Below are positions 43,015-52,894 of a stretch of DNA of 61,423 bases, piece after piece. Origin of the DNA: Prevotella sp. GTDB taxonomy: Bacteria > Bacteroidota > Bacteroidia > Bacteroidales > Bacteroidaceae. The notes below the pieces were generated by a model. The model worked only from the letters and a program-made list of their open reading frames with translations. It was not told the DNA's origin and did no database searches. The translations under genes and the position numbers were made by a program. Location: NCBI GenBank assembly GCA_051892655.1, contig JBJFGK010000065.1, positions 1 through 61,423 on the forward strand. The letters are read 5' to 3'. How positions within the stretch are numbered: the first letter of the stretch is position 1; each line of letters begins with the position of its first letter.

Positions 43015-44445
43015 TTGTATATTAATTATATGATGAGACACATTAATTTAAAAAATCCAATTATTTGGATATTGTTAGTTTCACCATTATTTTTATGGGG
43101 AATAATTCTTTTACTACCTACATTTGACGATTGGACATATTTTACAACTCCTTTCTATGAATTTGGTAATGATTTTATCAATAGATTACTACCTCGGTAT
43201 AGTTATTGGCGACCATGGGATTGTTTATTCGGATATATTTTAAGCCTTAAACCAACTCTATTTCCAACTCTTAACCATATAGCTATCTATTTAGGACATA
43301 TAGGTTGTTGTATTTGCGTATATAAGATAGGAAAACTATTAAAATTTAAAAACATTGCTTGTAATATATCTACATTATTCTTCTTTATATCACCGGCAAT
43401 GCTTGGCACTGTTTTGGGTATAGACTCTCTTAATCAAACATACTCACAATTTTGGGGACTTTTAGCTACATGGTTTTATTTACGTAAACGTGACAGCCTA
43501 CATACTATTTTATGGCTATTATCAACTATTATTGCAACTTTTGCAAAAGAAAACGGAATAACATTCTTTATAATTCCACAAATTATAGCTTGGGGATTTA
43601 ATATTATTACTTTTAGACAAGCTGTAAAAGATACTATTTTTGCTATTATTTGCATAGCTATATATTTCTTAGCACGAATATCGTTAAACAATCCTGATGT
43701 ATATATAAATGAAGAATATTTTGAAAACACATTAAGTCGTAAATTAAAGAATGTAGGAGTATTTATTGGTATGACATGGATACCTTTAGATTATGTAAGC
43801 CTTGTTTATAAACCATGTAGAGATCTTACTATTGTAGCAATTACATTAATTGTTGGTATGTCATTTATTATGTATTTATTTTTCAAACAAAGAAAATACA
43901 TAATTGGTAAACCAGCTATTTGTATAATAATTTGTTCATTGGCTGCAACGTCTCCACATTTAACTACACTTTTTACATCTATGCACTCTTATGCTGGATT
44001 AGGAATGGCTTCATTACTTGTAGCACATCTTGTAAATAAATATAATGGTAATAATAAAGTTTTAATAATTTTATTTGCCATGTATTTAATAAATTGTCTA
44101 TTTGTAGATTATCACCATTGGATAAAAGCATATCACTCTGGAATTACAGGTGAAAATATGGCTCTTAAGGTTATAAAAGAGGCTAAATCATGTCCAAAGA
44201 ATGTATATATGATATACTTAGATCAGAATGAAAAAAAATATTCTATGTTTTGTGTTATACCATATGATGCTTTTGGTTGGGGTTGTTCTGTACAATTTAA
44301 AACTAATCAAAAATGGCCTATTGATATTAAATATAAATATATATTTAATAATAAACCTGAAACATTACAATCATGTCTCTCAGATGCTAAAGACTACGAA
44401 GGTGTATGGTATATACACAGAGACACTATAGAAATACTTAAATAA
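43015..44445 (+). CDS. Polytopic membrane protein, putative GT-C/GtrII-like glycosyltransferase
   Basis: Many TM helices, early FDDW acidic motif, YWRP and AKE motifs; very AT-rich. The likely start is ATG near 43030. Confidence 0.55.
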   Translation: MYINYMMRHINLKNPIIWILLVSPLFLWGIILLLPTFDDWTYFTTPFYEFGNDFINRLLPRYSYWRPWDCLFGYILSLKPTLFPTLNHIAIYLGHIGCCICVYKIGKLLKFKNIACNISTLFFFISPAMLGTVLGIDSLNQTYSQFWGLLATWFYLRKRDSLHTILWLLSTIIATFAKENGITFFIIPQIIAWGFNIITFRQAVKDTIFAIICIAIYFLARISLNNPDVYINEEYFENTLSRKLKNVGVFIGMTWIPLDYVSLVYKPCRDLTIVAITLIVGMSFIMYLFFKQRKYIIGKPAICIIICSLAATSPHLTTLFTSMHSYAGLGMASLLVAHLVNKYNGNNKVLIILFAMYLINCLFVDYHHWIKAYHSGITGENMALKVIKEAKSCPKNVYMIYLDQNEKKYSMFCVIPYDAFGWGCSVQFKTNQKWPIDIKYKYIFNNKPETLQSCLSDAKDYEGVWYIHRDTIEILK

Positions 44446-44446
44446 T

Positions 44447-45478
44447 ATGAAACGAGACCTTTTATTAGATAATCTTAGAGCCTTGGCTATGATAGATATA
44501 ATATGTATTATACATGTAATACATTATTTCAATTTAGCCAATGAATATATACACTCTTTTTTGCTTTTTATAATGCCTACAATATTTTTTATAGCAGGCG
44601 CTTCTCAGTCTTTAGTTTCACAATCAAAAACAATAAAGAATATCATAATAAGTAGATCAAAAAGAATACTCATACCCTTTTTTATCTTTATTATTGTACT
44701 TTATATATGGATTACTATAGCTACTTTTTTACCTTTAAATATAGGTTTAAATATTGATATTACACAACTATCAACTCGTCAAATTATAAAAACACTATGT
44801 ACAGGAGGTTGCGATAATATACCTTTCTACGGATATACATGGTTTATATCTATATATTTAATAGTTTCAATTTCGTTGCCTATTCAGCGTAAAATAATAG
44901 AAAATATAAATAAGTATGTTTATATATTATTATGGATAGCTATAGTTGTAGTATTATCTTTTATTAAATTTCCATTGGCTAATATTGAAATAGAAGTAAA
45001 AAATATTGTTATATATAATGTTTTCTATATTATAGGTTTCTGCTGTTATAAGCAAATAGACAAAAAAATTACTATTATTGTATCTATAATAACAGTAACT
45101 ATTTCTATTTATGGATTTATATCACATACCATGATTCCTATGCAAAGTCATAAGTTCCCTGCTGATTATTTATTTTTAATATATGGAATTACTTGGATAT
45201 CTACAATGTCTTTAATATTAAACTTTATAAAACAAAAAGAATATAGACTTATTACTATATGGAATAAGAATGGATACTACTTATACTTATACCAAACAAT
45301 TACTTTTTCAACAATAGTATGGATAACTTATAAATGGATAGAATTAATTAAAAATGATTGTATTAAGTTTTTAATATACTTTACTATCTGTTTTATATTA
45401 AATACATTATTAGCGTATTTTATGCAGTGGGTAATTTTATGTTATAATAAAAATAAAAAAACCGATTATTTTAAATAA
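44447..45478 (+). CDS. Acyltransferase-3 family membrane protein (O-acetyltransferase-like)
   Basis: RDLLLDNLRALA..IIH, MPTIFFIAG, RSKRILIP, YTWFI, YYLYLYQ; about 10 TM segments. Confidence 0.8.
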   Translation: MKRDLLLDNLRALAMIDIICIIHVIHYFNLANEYIHSFLLFIMPTIFFIAGASQSLVSQSKTIKNIIISRSKRILIPFFIFIIVLYIWITIATFLPLNIGLNIDITQLSTRQIIKTLCTGGCDNIPFYGYTWFISIYLIVSISLPIQRKIIENINKYVYILLWIAIVVVLSFIKFPLANIEIEVKNIVIYNVFYIIGFCCYKQIDKKITIIVSIITVTISIYGFISHTMIPMQSHKFPADYLFLIYGITWISTMSLILNFIKQKEYRLITIWNKNGYYLYLYQTITFSTIVWITYKWIELIKNDCIKFLIYFTICFILNTLLAYFMQWVILCYNKNKKTDYFK

Positions 45479-45486
45479 TCGGTTTT
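45458..45486. terminator. Bidirectional terminator between the acyltransferase gene and nadA
   Basis: AAAACCGATTATTT / AAATAATCGGTTTT. Confidence 0.7.
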
Positions 45487-45498
45487 ATATTATTATCG

Positions 45499-46485
45499 TC
45501 AGCTAAGTTCCAACATTCTGTTTATACACTTTACTGCTTTTTGTGCCGTATCATTATCTACGTCAATTTCTGGAAGTTCGTATTTGAGTGTATTGTAAAG
45601 CTTTTCCATTGTGTTCATCTTCATATACTGGCACTCATTACATGAACAGCCAACCGAACCTTCACTTATTTCAGGTGGAACAGGTATAAACTCCGTTTCA
45701 GGACATTTACGTTTCATCTCGTGAAGAATACCTGCTTCGGTGGCTACTATATATCTCTTGTCTTTGTTCTCCGTCGCATAGTTAAGCAAAACAGCTGTTG
45801 AGCCGACAACATCCGCTATTGCGAGCACCGGTCCTTTACATTCAGGATGAGCCAAAACAACGGCGTCAGGATATTGTTTCTTTAAGTTTGATATTTCATC
45901 TACCGAGAAACGCTCATGCACATGGCATCCTCCGTTCCACAAAAGCATGTTTCTGCCTGTCACGGAATTAATGTATGAACCGAGATTATAGTCAGGTCCG
46001 AATATTATTTTCTCGTCTTTCGGCAAGCAATCAACTATTTTCTTTGCGTTACCGCTTGTCACCACGATGTCAGTAAGCGCTTTTACGGCAGCTGTAGTAT
46101 TTACATAGCTTATGACAGTATAGCCCGGATGTTCCTCTTTATACTTTTTCAGGTCTTCAGCCTTGCAAGAATCGGCAAGCGAACACCCTGCATTGAGATC
46201 CGGACACAATACTTTCTTGTCAGGACAAAGTATTTTACATGTCTCAGCCATAAAGTGTACACCACACATAACTATAATATCCGCATCGGTCTTTGCCGCT
46301 TTCTGTGCCAAAGCAAGTGAGTCACCAACAAAATCCGCTATATCCTGTATGCATCCTTCCGTATAATAGTGGGCGAGAATAACGGCATTCTTTTGCTTAC
46401 ACATATCTCTTATTGCCTTCGGCAAGTCTATATTGCTGTTTATAGGTTCATCTATGTATCCTTTTTCCAATATGTTGCTTTTCAT
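45499..46485 (-). CDS. nadA: Quinolinate synthase
   Basis: ILAHYY, VGDSL, CGVHFMAE, GCSLA, SYVNT, CHVH, AHPEC. Confidence 0.96.
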   Translation of the reverse strand: MKSNILEKGYIDEPINSNIDLPKAIRDMCKQKNAVILAHYYTEGCIQDIADFVGDSLALAQKAAKTDADIIVMCGVHFMAETCKILCPDKKVLCPDLNAGCSLADSCKAEDLKKYKEEHPGYTVISYVNTTAAVKALTDIVVTSGNAKKIVDCLPKDEKIIFGPDYNLGSYINSVTGRNMLLWNGGCHVHERFSVDEISNLKKQYPDAVVLAHPECKGPVLAIADVVGSTAVLLNYATENKDKRYIVATEAGILHEMKRKCPETEFIPVPPEISEGSVGCSCNECQYMKMNTMEKLYNTLKYELPEIDVDNDTAQKAVKCINRMLELS

Positions 46486-46559
46486 TGTCGTATATGTTTT
46501 TGAACTGTATAACCGAAAGTTATTGTTTATATTTTTTATTTTATAAAATTCTATTTAAA

Positions 46560-46960
46560 AGAAAATAAAAGCAATAAATGCCGTTGATATGTTGAAAAAT
46601 AAATGCTGTTTTGTTTGCTTATTAACTTATCAACATTACTTTATAGGTTATCAACACATGTATTTAATTGTTTTATACTGATTGTCAGATATTAATGCAG
46701 TTTATCAACAATTTCTTTTCTGATTGCAAAATTAATAAGTTTATATCTTTTTCAGTCATTAAATTGTTGAAAACTTATTGATATAGTATTAAAAACTTAA
46801 AGGTTTTCCACACTTGAAAAAGTTAATAACATATCATATATGTATAAGTTGAAGTTATCAACACAGTTTGTTAACAATATTGCGGATAAGTTATATAACT
46901 CGTTAATATATAAAAACTTAATCTCATATTATATAAATAAGATAAATAATATATATAGTT
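46560..46960. other. Candidate chromosomal replication origin (oriC)
   Basis: AT-rich intergenic region. TTATCAACA at 46627, 46648, 46702 and 46855; TTTTCCACA at 46804; minus-strand TTTTCAACA at 46590 and 46765; minus-strand TTATCCGCA at 46881. Confidence 0.7.
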
Positions 46961-47071
46961 AATAAACATTACTATGTTGTTTACGGGTAGAAAATAGCAT
47001 AGTTAGACATGCTAAACAGCATGTTTACAACCTATAAACAATATAGTTATGATTTATAAACACCATAGATG
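46947..47071. repeat. 22-bp-period degenerate array (copy D), mixed orientation
   Basis: Units at 46947, 46969 (TTACTATGTTGTTTA), 46991 (AAAATAGCATAGTTA), 47013 (TAAACAGCATGTTTA), 47035 (TAAACAATATAGTTA) and 47057 (TAAACACCATAGATG). Confidence 0.78.
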
Positions 47072-47242
47072 ATAATTGATCTCTTAAAACAGATACTTCA
47101 AAACATATATTTTATGCTATAAAAATAGCATTTAGTTGAATGATATATATTATATATAATAATGTGTAAAGCCTATTTTTAAGGTTCTAAGTGTAAAGAA
47201 AAGTTAAATATAAGCCTATTATATCATTTTTTTATCAAAATG

Positions 47243-47299
47243 TTTGGAGGGTATAAATATATGAAATACATTTGCAGTGTACTACAACAGTGGTACACT
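47243..47299 (+). promoter_or_regulatory. Promoter plus YtrA/GntR-type operator
   Basis: TTTG (47243-47246), 20-bp spacer, TACATTTG (47267-47274), then palindrome AGTGTACTAC-AACA-GTGGTACACT (47276-47299). Confidence 0.75.
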
Positions 47300-47346
47300 A
47301 TAATACAGATAACAATTAACAATAACAATTTAAGACTTTAACAATT

Positions 47347-47799
47347 ATGGGAACTATTATTACAGCAGCAACAATCATGGCAACTTATGTTAGTGCAATC
47401 AATGATGCAAACACGCCTTATTTCTACAACGCAGACATAGAAAACGATCAGATAAAGACTATGTACGTGCTTGAAAACGACGGCGAGACTCTTCAGCAGA
47501 AGATAGAATACGACTACAAGTATGATGCTCAGGGTCGCTTGGTATCAAAGGAAGCTAAACGTTTCAATGCAGTTAGCGGTAAGTTCGTACCTGATTTCAA
47601 GCTCGAATACACTTATACGACAGACGGATACTATATGGAACGTTGTAACTGGAACGAAAACAAGAATGAGTATGACAAGGCAACAGACCGCATAGAATAC
47701 AAGAACGAGTCAGACAACACCATAGGTATCGTAAACTATGAATGGAACGACAGACTCTCAAAGATGATAGTAAAAGACACTATGCTTCTTATGGCATAA
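47347..47799 (+). CDS. DUF3836-like exported protein
   Basis: Signal-like N-terminus, YDYKYDAQGRLVSKEA beta-hairpin repeats; first gene of the Ytr-like operon. Confidence 0.6.
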   Translation: MGTIITAATIMATYVSAINDANTPYFYNADIENDQIKTMYVLENDGETLQQKIEYDYKYDAQGRLVSKEAKRFNAVSGKFVPDFKLEYTYTTDGYYMERCNWNENKNEYDKATDRIEYKNESDNTIGIVNYEWNDRLSKMIVKDTMLLMA

Positions 47800-47881
47800 T
47801 AGAAAACATATCTTTTACGACAGCAGAAAAAATGATAATCATAAGTAAAAACTCTCTGATATAAATTGAATTTAAATTTTT

Positions 47882-47914
47882 CCCCTCCATAAAATACATA
47901 CATGGAGGGGTTTT
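47882..47914 (+). terminator. Intra-operon terminator/attenuating hairpin
   Basis: CCCCTCCAT / ATGGAGGGG followed by TTTT. Confidence 0.6.
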
Positions 47915-47935
47915 GAATAAGAAAAACAATTAGCT

Positions 47936-48754
47936 ATGCTTGACATTAAAAATCTGACTTACCGCTATGCCGGTTCAAAAAAAGAAGTGTTTAGTGACTT
48001 TAACCTCACGCTTGAAGATGACAAAATATATGGTCTTCTTGGTAAAAACGGCACGGGAAAGTCCACATTGTTATATCTTATAACCGGATTATTAAGGAAT
48101 AAGTACGGCTCAATAACATTCAACGGGGTTGATATCAACAAGAACAGGGCCGACATCCTTAAAGAAATGTTCATCGTACCTGAAGAGTTTGACCTGCTGT
48201 CTATTTCACTTGACAGTTATATAAATATGAATGAGAAGTTCTATCCTAAGTTCAGCCGTGAAGTATTAAAGGAATGTCTTGATGATTTTGAACTTTCTTA
48301 CGACATCAATATTAAGGAACTGTCAATGGGACAAAAGAAGAAAGTATATATGAGCCTTGCTTTGGCTGCCAACACGAACCTTCTTCTTATGGACGAACCT
48401 ACCAACGGGCTTGACATACCTTCGAAGAGCCAGTTCAGAAAGGTTATCGCCAACAACATGGGCAACGATAGAAGCATAATTATCTCTACTCATCAGGTAC
48501 ACGATGTTGAGTCTTTGCTTGACCATATACTTATACTTGACAATTCAAATCTGCTTCTTGACGCCTCCGTAACAGACATTTGCGACAAATACAGTTTCTC
48601 ATATCGCTCTCTCGGAGACAATACTGAAGACGTGATATATTCAGAACCGTCGGTTCAAGGCAACGCAGTTATAACAAACAAAAAGGAAGGTGACGAGGAA
48701 ACACAGCTCAATCTTGAATTGCTGTTCAACGCCGTTACGAAAAAAATCCTTTAA
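47936..48754 (+). CDS. ABC transporter ATP-binding protein (YtrB-like)
   Basis: GKNGTGKS, LSMGQ, LLMDEPT, STH. Confidence 0.93.
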   Translation: MLDIKNLTYRYAGSKKEVFSDFNLTLEDDKIYGLLGKNGTGKSTLLYLITGLLRNKYGSITFNGVDINKNRADILKEMFIVPEEFDLLSISLDSYINMNEKFYPKFSREVLKECLDDFELSYDINIKELSMGQKKKVYMSLALAANTNLLLMDEPTNGLDIPSKSQFRKVIANNMGNDRSIIISTHQVHDVESLLDHILILDNSNLLLDASVTDICDKYSFSYRSLGDNTEDVIYSEPSVQGNAVITNKKEGDEETQLNLELLFNAVTKKIL

Positions 48755-48777
48755 AAATAAAACCACAGAAATACATT

Positions 48778-49536
48778 ATGGAAAATAATTTCAATATAAA
48801 CAGATTTCTCCATACATTCATTTGGACACTCGAAACGTCAAAGAAAGAACTGATAACTTCGGTCGTTTCATTGTTTTTTGTATTTGCTTTGATATTGACA
48901 TTAGGCTCTACAACAAATTTTTTTAATAACATAGAGTTTGCATCAGGCTTTTGTACGGGTCTTTTCTTTGTATATGTGATGATAAGCGGATGTTGGATAG
49001 GATCAAATCTAAAGACAAAACAACAGATAATAATGTATAAAATGCTTGCAGCATCCAATCTTGAGAAATTCTTATCACGCTATCTTTATGTCACGGTGAT
49101 ATGGATATTGGGCGGATTGTTGGCATTTGCGGGAGCTGATTTAGTACAGATGCTTGTCAATTTCATTATCGGCAACGACGTCAGAAGCGCATTTCCGCTA
49201 ATATATATTAATTTTAGCGACGGCGGCGAAGAAGGTTTGCCATTTGGAGATATATATGTAATTTTTCTTATCTTTTTGTGGATACATTCTTTATATATAC
49301 TTGGAGGAGTCTTTTTCAGAAAAAACCAGTTTGTATTAACCACATTGATACATATCGTAGTTTCCATTATCGTGGTGCAAATAATAAAGGAAAGCGGTCT
49401 CTACATGTATATTGACCAAATGAATACCACATTTATTATTATCGCATTAAAAGTGTTGATAGCTCTTGACTATTATCTTTCCTATAAGCTGTTCTGCAGA
49501 ATACAGGTGATAAACAACAAGTGGATAAACATTTGA
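48778..49536 (+). CDS. ABC-2-type membrane subunit
   Basis: Six TM segments; KTKQQIIMYKMLAASNLEKF. Confidence 0.7.
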   Translation: MENNFNINRFLHTFIWTLETSKKELITSVVSLFFVFALILTLGSTTNFFNNIEFASGFCTGLFFVYVMISGCWIGSNLKTKQQIIMYKMLAASNLEKFLSRYLYVTVIWILGGLLAFAGADLVQMLVNFIIGNDVRSAFPLIYINFSDGGEEGLPFGDIYVIFLIFLWIHSLYILGGVFFRKNQFVLTTLIHIVVSIIVVQIIKESGLYMYIDQMNTTFIIIALKVLIALDYYLSYKLFCRIQVINNKWINI

Positions 49537-49592
49537 TATGCTGCTTGCTTATCAAGATAGAAGCGACATTAACGACAAACAATATAAAAGTC

Positions 49593-50375
49593 ATGAACAA
49601 CAAAAGGTTTTTGAACTTACTACAATATAATGAGCTTGTCATGCGCAAGGAATATATAAGTCTCACGGCCTATATGACAATTGCCTATTTGGTAATTTAT
49701 TTAGGCAATATGTTTCTTGCGGCAGATGCAATACACCTTGACAGAGCCATTGCCACATGTCTTAAGGCATACTGTTTGTATATTTGCATAAGCGGTTGTT
49801 TTATATTTTCAAATGTCAACACCAAACAACAGATCATAAGATTTAAAATGTTGCCGGCGTCAGATGCTGAAAAATATCTCGTAAAACTGTTATATGTTTC
49901 CGTTATATGGGCTATATGCGGTATTGTAGCATTTATATTGGCAGACGTAATAAGCATTTTTGTATGTTGGATATTTGGCACCGGACTGACAGATATAAAC
50001 TTGACAACGTTCTTTGAAAAGTGTGTATGCAATTGGAAATATACCAATGACGGCATGACAATACACTCCGTACCTCCGCAATATGTAATACTGATAATAT
50101 TCATACATTCTCTTTATGTGTTGGGAGGAACAGTTTTCAGACGTTATAAGTTAGTGTTTTCATCTCTCGTTCTGTTGCTTTTGTTTATCTTTAATGCAAT
50201 AATTATAAGCAATTTTAGGGAAGAATTACATGCCATCGACACTATATATAATGTGAAACTCGTGTTGATAATATTGTTGACATTGCTCATTGTGCTGGCA
50301 ATTACCAACTACACATTGTCTTATATCATATTTAAGAGAATGCAGGTAGTAAACAACAAGTACTTAAATATATAA
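49593..50375 (+). CDS. ABC-2-type membrane subunit, paralog of the preceding gene
   Basis: Shares ISGC..SN..TKQQII..KML.AS..EK, IHSLY.LGG..FR and QV.NNK..NI with 48778..49536. ATG at 49593 is preferred. Confidence 0.7.
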   Translation: MNNKRFLNLLQYNELVMRKEYISLTAYMTIAYLVIYLGNMFLAADAIHLDRAIATCLKAYCLYICISGCFIFSNVNTKQQIIRFKMLPASDAEKYLVKLLYVSVIWAICGIVAFILADVISIFVCWIFGTGLTDINLTTFFEKCVCNWKYTNDGMTIHSVPPQYVILIIFIHSLYVLGGTVFRRYKLVFSSLVLLLLFIFNAIIISNFREELHAIDTIYNVKLVLIILLTLLIVLAITNYTLSYIIFKRMQVVNNKYLNI

Positions 50376-50443
50376 TATGATAAAGCGATAACAAAGGCTT
50401 TGCATTTTAAAGATGCTATTGTCTACAACAAATATATAAGTAT

Positions 50444-50800
50444 ATGAATTTCAATAATGATAAAGCGATATATGTTCAGATAGCAGACCGTCTTTGCGAC
50501 GAGATACTTACCGGACAATACAATGAGGATGAGCGCATTCCAAGTGTGCGTGAATATGCTGTATTATTGGAAGTAAACACCAATACAACGGTGAAATCGT
50601 ATGACCTTCTTGCTTCATCGGGCATCATATACAACAAGCGTGGTTTGGGATACTTTGTCTCTCAAGGAGCAAAAGACCGTATAATGAGTGAAAGAAAACA
50701 GGAGTTTATACAACAGAAATTGCCGGAACTGTTTCGCAATATGCGTATGTTGGGAATAGAAATTGATGATATTGTGAAGGCTTATAAAGATAATCAGTGA
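50444..50800 (+). CDS. GntR-family (YtrA subfamily) transcriptional regulator
   Basis: IYVQIAD, ERIPSVRE, VNTNT, RGLGYFV; 118 aa. Confidence 0.92.
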   Translation: MNFNNDKAIYVQIADRLCDEILTGQYNEDERIPSVREYAVLLEVNTNTTVKSYDLLASSGIIYNKRGLGYFVSQGAKDRIMSERKQEFIQQKLPELFRNMRMLGIEIDDIVKAYKDNQ

Positions 50801-50839
50801 TAGCAAACATGTTATAGACAACATAAAAACACTAAGATC

Positions 50840-51565
50840 ATGGCAATGCTTCATCTGAAAGACATCAACAAGACATACAACAACGGACAGCCCCTGCATG
50901 TGTTGAAAGGTATCAGCCTTGATATAGAAGAGGGAGAATTTGTATCTATTATGGGAGCATCAGGCTCGGGAAAATCTACATTGTTGAATATTTTAGGTAT
51001 TCTCGATGGTTATGACACAGGAGAATATATACTTGACGGAAAACTGATAAAGGGACTTTCTGAGAGTAAAGCGGCTGAATATCGCAACAAAATGATAGGT
51101 TTCATCTTCCAGTCTTTCAATCTTATATCTTTCAAAACAGCCGTTGAGAATGTCGAACTGCCGCTTTTCTATCAGGGAGTGAGCAGAAATAAGAGAAAGA
51201 AGTTGGCTTTGGAGTACCTCGAAAAATTAGGTTTGGCACAATGGGCAAACCATTATCCTAACGAATTATCAGGCGGACAGAAGCAGCGAGTAGCCATTGC
51301 AAGAGCCTTAATCACCAATCCGAGAATTATACTTGCCGATGAACCGACCGGCGCGCTTGATTCAAAGACCAGCGTAGAAGTAATGAAACTATTGAAAACC
51401 CTTAACGAGAAAGACGGAATAACAATAGTTGTCGTTACCCACGAGAGTGGTGTCGCCAACGAAACAAACAAGATAATACATATAAAAGACGGACTTATAG
51501 GCAATATAGAAGAGAATATCAAGCATGATGCATCGCCTTTTGGCATCAACGGCATGATGAAATAG
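50840..51565 (+). CDS. ABC transporter ATP-binding protein (MacB/LolD-like)
   Basis: GASGSGKS, FIFQSFNL, LSGGQKQR, LADEPTGALD. Confidence 0.94.
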   Translation: MAMLHLKDINKTYNNGQPLHVLKGISLDIEEGEFVSIMGASGSGKSTLLNILGILDGYDTGEYILDGKLIKGLSESKAAEYRNKMIGFIFQSFNLISFKTAVENVELPLFYQGVSRNKRKKLALEYLEKLGLAQWANHYPNELSGGQKQRVAIARALITNPRIILADEPTGALDSKTSVEVMKLLKTLNEKDGITIVVVTHESGVANETNKIIHIKDGLIGNIEENIKHDASPFGINGMMK

Positions 51566-51627
51566 ACAACCGAAAAGCATCGTTTATACATTTATTTATA
51601 TACAACAGCAATTGCGAAAACAAATAA

Positions 51628-52884
51628 ATGAGAGACGTTCTTATAGAAATATGGGAGACGGCAAAGCGAAATAAACTGCGTACTGCACTTACAGGCTTTG
51701 CGGTAGCATGGGGAATATTCATGATAATATTCCTGCTTGGCGCCGGCAACGGGCTTATTAACGCCCAGATGTTGCAGCAAGAACGGTTTCTTGATAACTC
51801 CATTATGGTTGTCGGAGGCTATACTACAAAACCTTATAACGGTTTTAAAGAAGGTCGTTGGATAAGCCTCAACACAAAAGACTTGGACTTTACAGGCAGT
51901 AAAAAGCATATTGTTGACGAAATAACACCAAGCAAATCAAAGTCGGACATGACTTTTTCTTACAAAAACAACTATGTAAGCAATTCAATAGAGGCTGTCT
52001 CGCCGGCTGATATCAAGATTAACAAAAAGGAAATACTGTGCGGACGATTTATTGATGATATAGACATGAGTCAGAAACGCAAGACTGTCGTTCTCTCTGA
52101 AAGCGATGCAAAGGAGCTTATGCCACACAATGCAAAAGCAATATTGGGACAATATATAAATGTTAATGATATTGCCTTTTGCGTTGTAGGCATTTACAAG
52201 ACCGACAAGAGCGGACATAAAAACAAAAACTATATTCCTTTTACAACCTTTATGTCCATTTTTACCGGCAGTAACGATATAGATATGATTGCTTTCTCAT
52301 TTCACGGATTGAACGACGAGCGTTCCAACGAGTTGTTTGAAGACGAGTACAGAGCCGGAATTAACGCTAATCATCAGGTTGCGCCCGATGATAAGTCGGC
52401 GTTAAGAATATGGAACATGTTCACGCAAAGCATACAAATGCAGCAAGGAATAGGTATTATTAATACCTTTTTATGGATTGTAGGACTGTTTACTCTTCTC
52501 AGTGGTGTTGTAGGTGTAAGCAATATAATGCTGATAACAGTAAAAGAACGTACAAGAGAGTTTGGTATAAGAAAGGCAATAGGCGCAAAACCGGCGTCAA
52601 TATTGAGACTTGTCATAGCCGAAAGTATTATTATAACCACAATATTCGGATATATAGGAATGTTGGCAGGCATAATTGCCAATGAATATATGGATGCTAC
52701 GATAGGCCATACAACGGTAAAGAGCGGACTGTTTGAGGCAACTATGTTTTATAATCCTACCGTTGGGTTGGACGTATGTATATCGGCAACACTCGTAATG
52801 ATTATTGCCGGAACTATAGCCGGATTGGTTCCGGCGGCTAAAGCGGCTAAAATAAAACCGATAGAAGCACTTAGAGCAGAATAA
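51628..52884 (+). CDS. MacB/FtsX-type ABC permease
   Basis: NKLRTALT, GVSNIMLITVKERTREFGIRKAIGA, PIEALR. Confidence 0.92.
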   Translation: MRDVLIEIWETAKRNKLRTALTGFAVAWGIFMIIFLLGAGNGLINAQMLQQERFLDNSIMVVGGYTTKPYNGFKEGRWISLNTKDLDFTGSKKHIVDEITPSKSKSDMTFSYKNNYVSNSIEAVSPADIKINKKEILCGRFIDDIDMSQKRKTVVLSESDAKELMPHNAKAILGQYINVNDIAFCVVGIYKTDKSGHKNKNYIPFTTFMSIFTGSNDIDMIAFSFHGLNDERSNELFEDEYRAGINANHQVAPDDKSALRIWNMFTQSIQMQQGIGIINTFLWIVGLFTLLSGVVGVSNIMLITVKERTREFGIRKAIGAKPASILRLVIAESIIITTIFGYIGMLAGIIANEYMDATIGHTTVKSGLFEATMFYNPTVGLDVCISATLVMIIAGTIAGLVPAAKAAKIKPIEALRAE

Positions 52885-52894
52885 ATAATTATAG

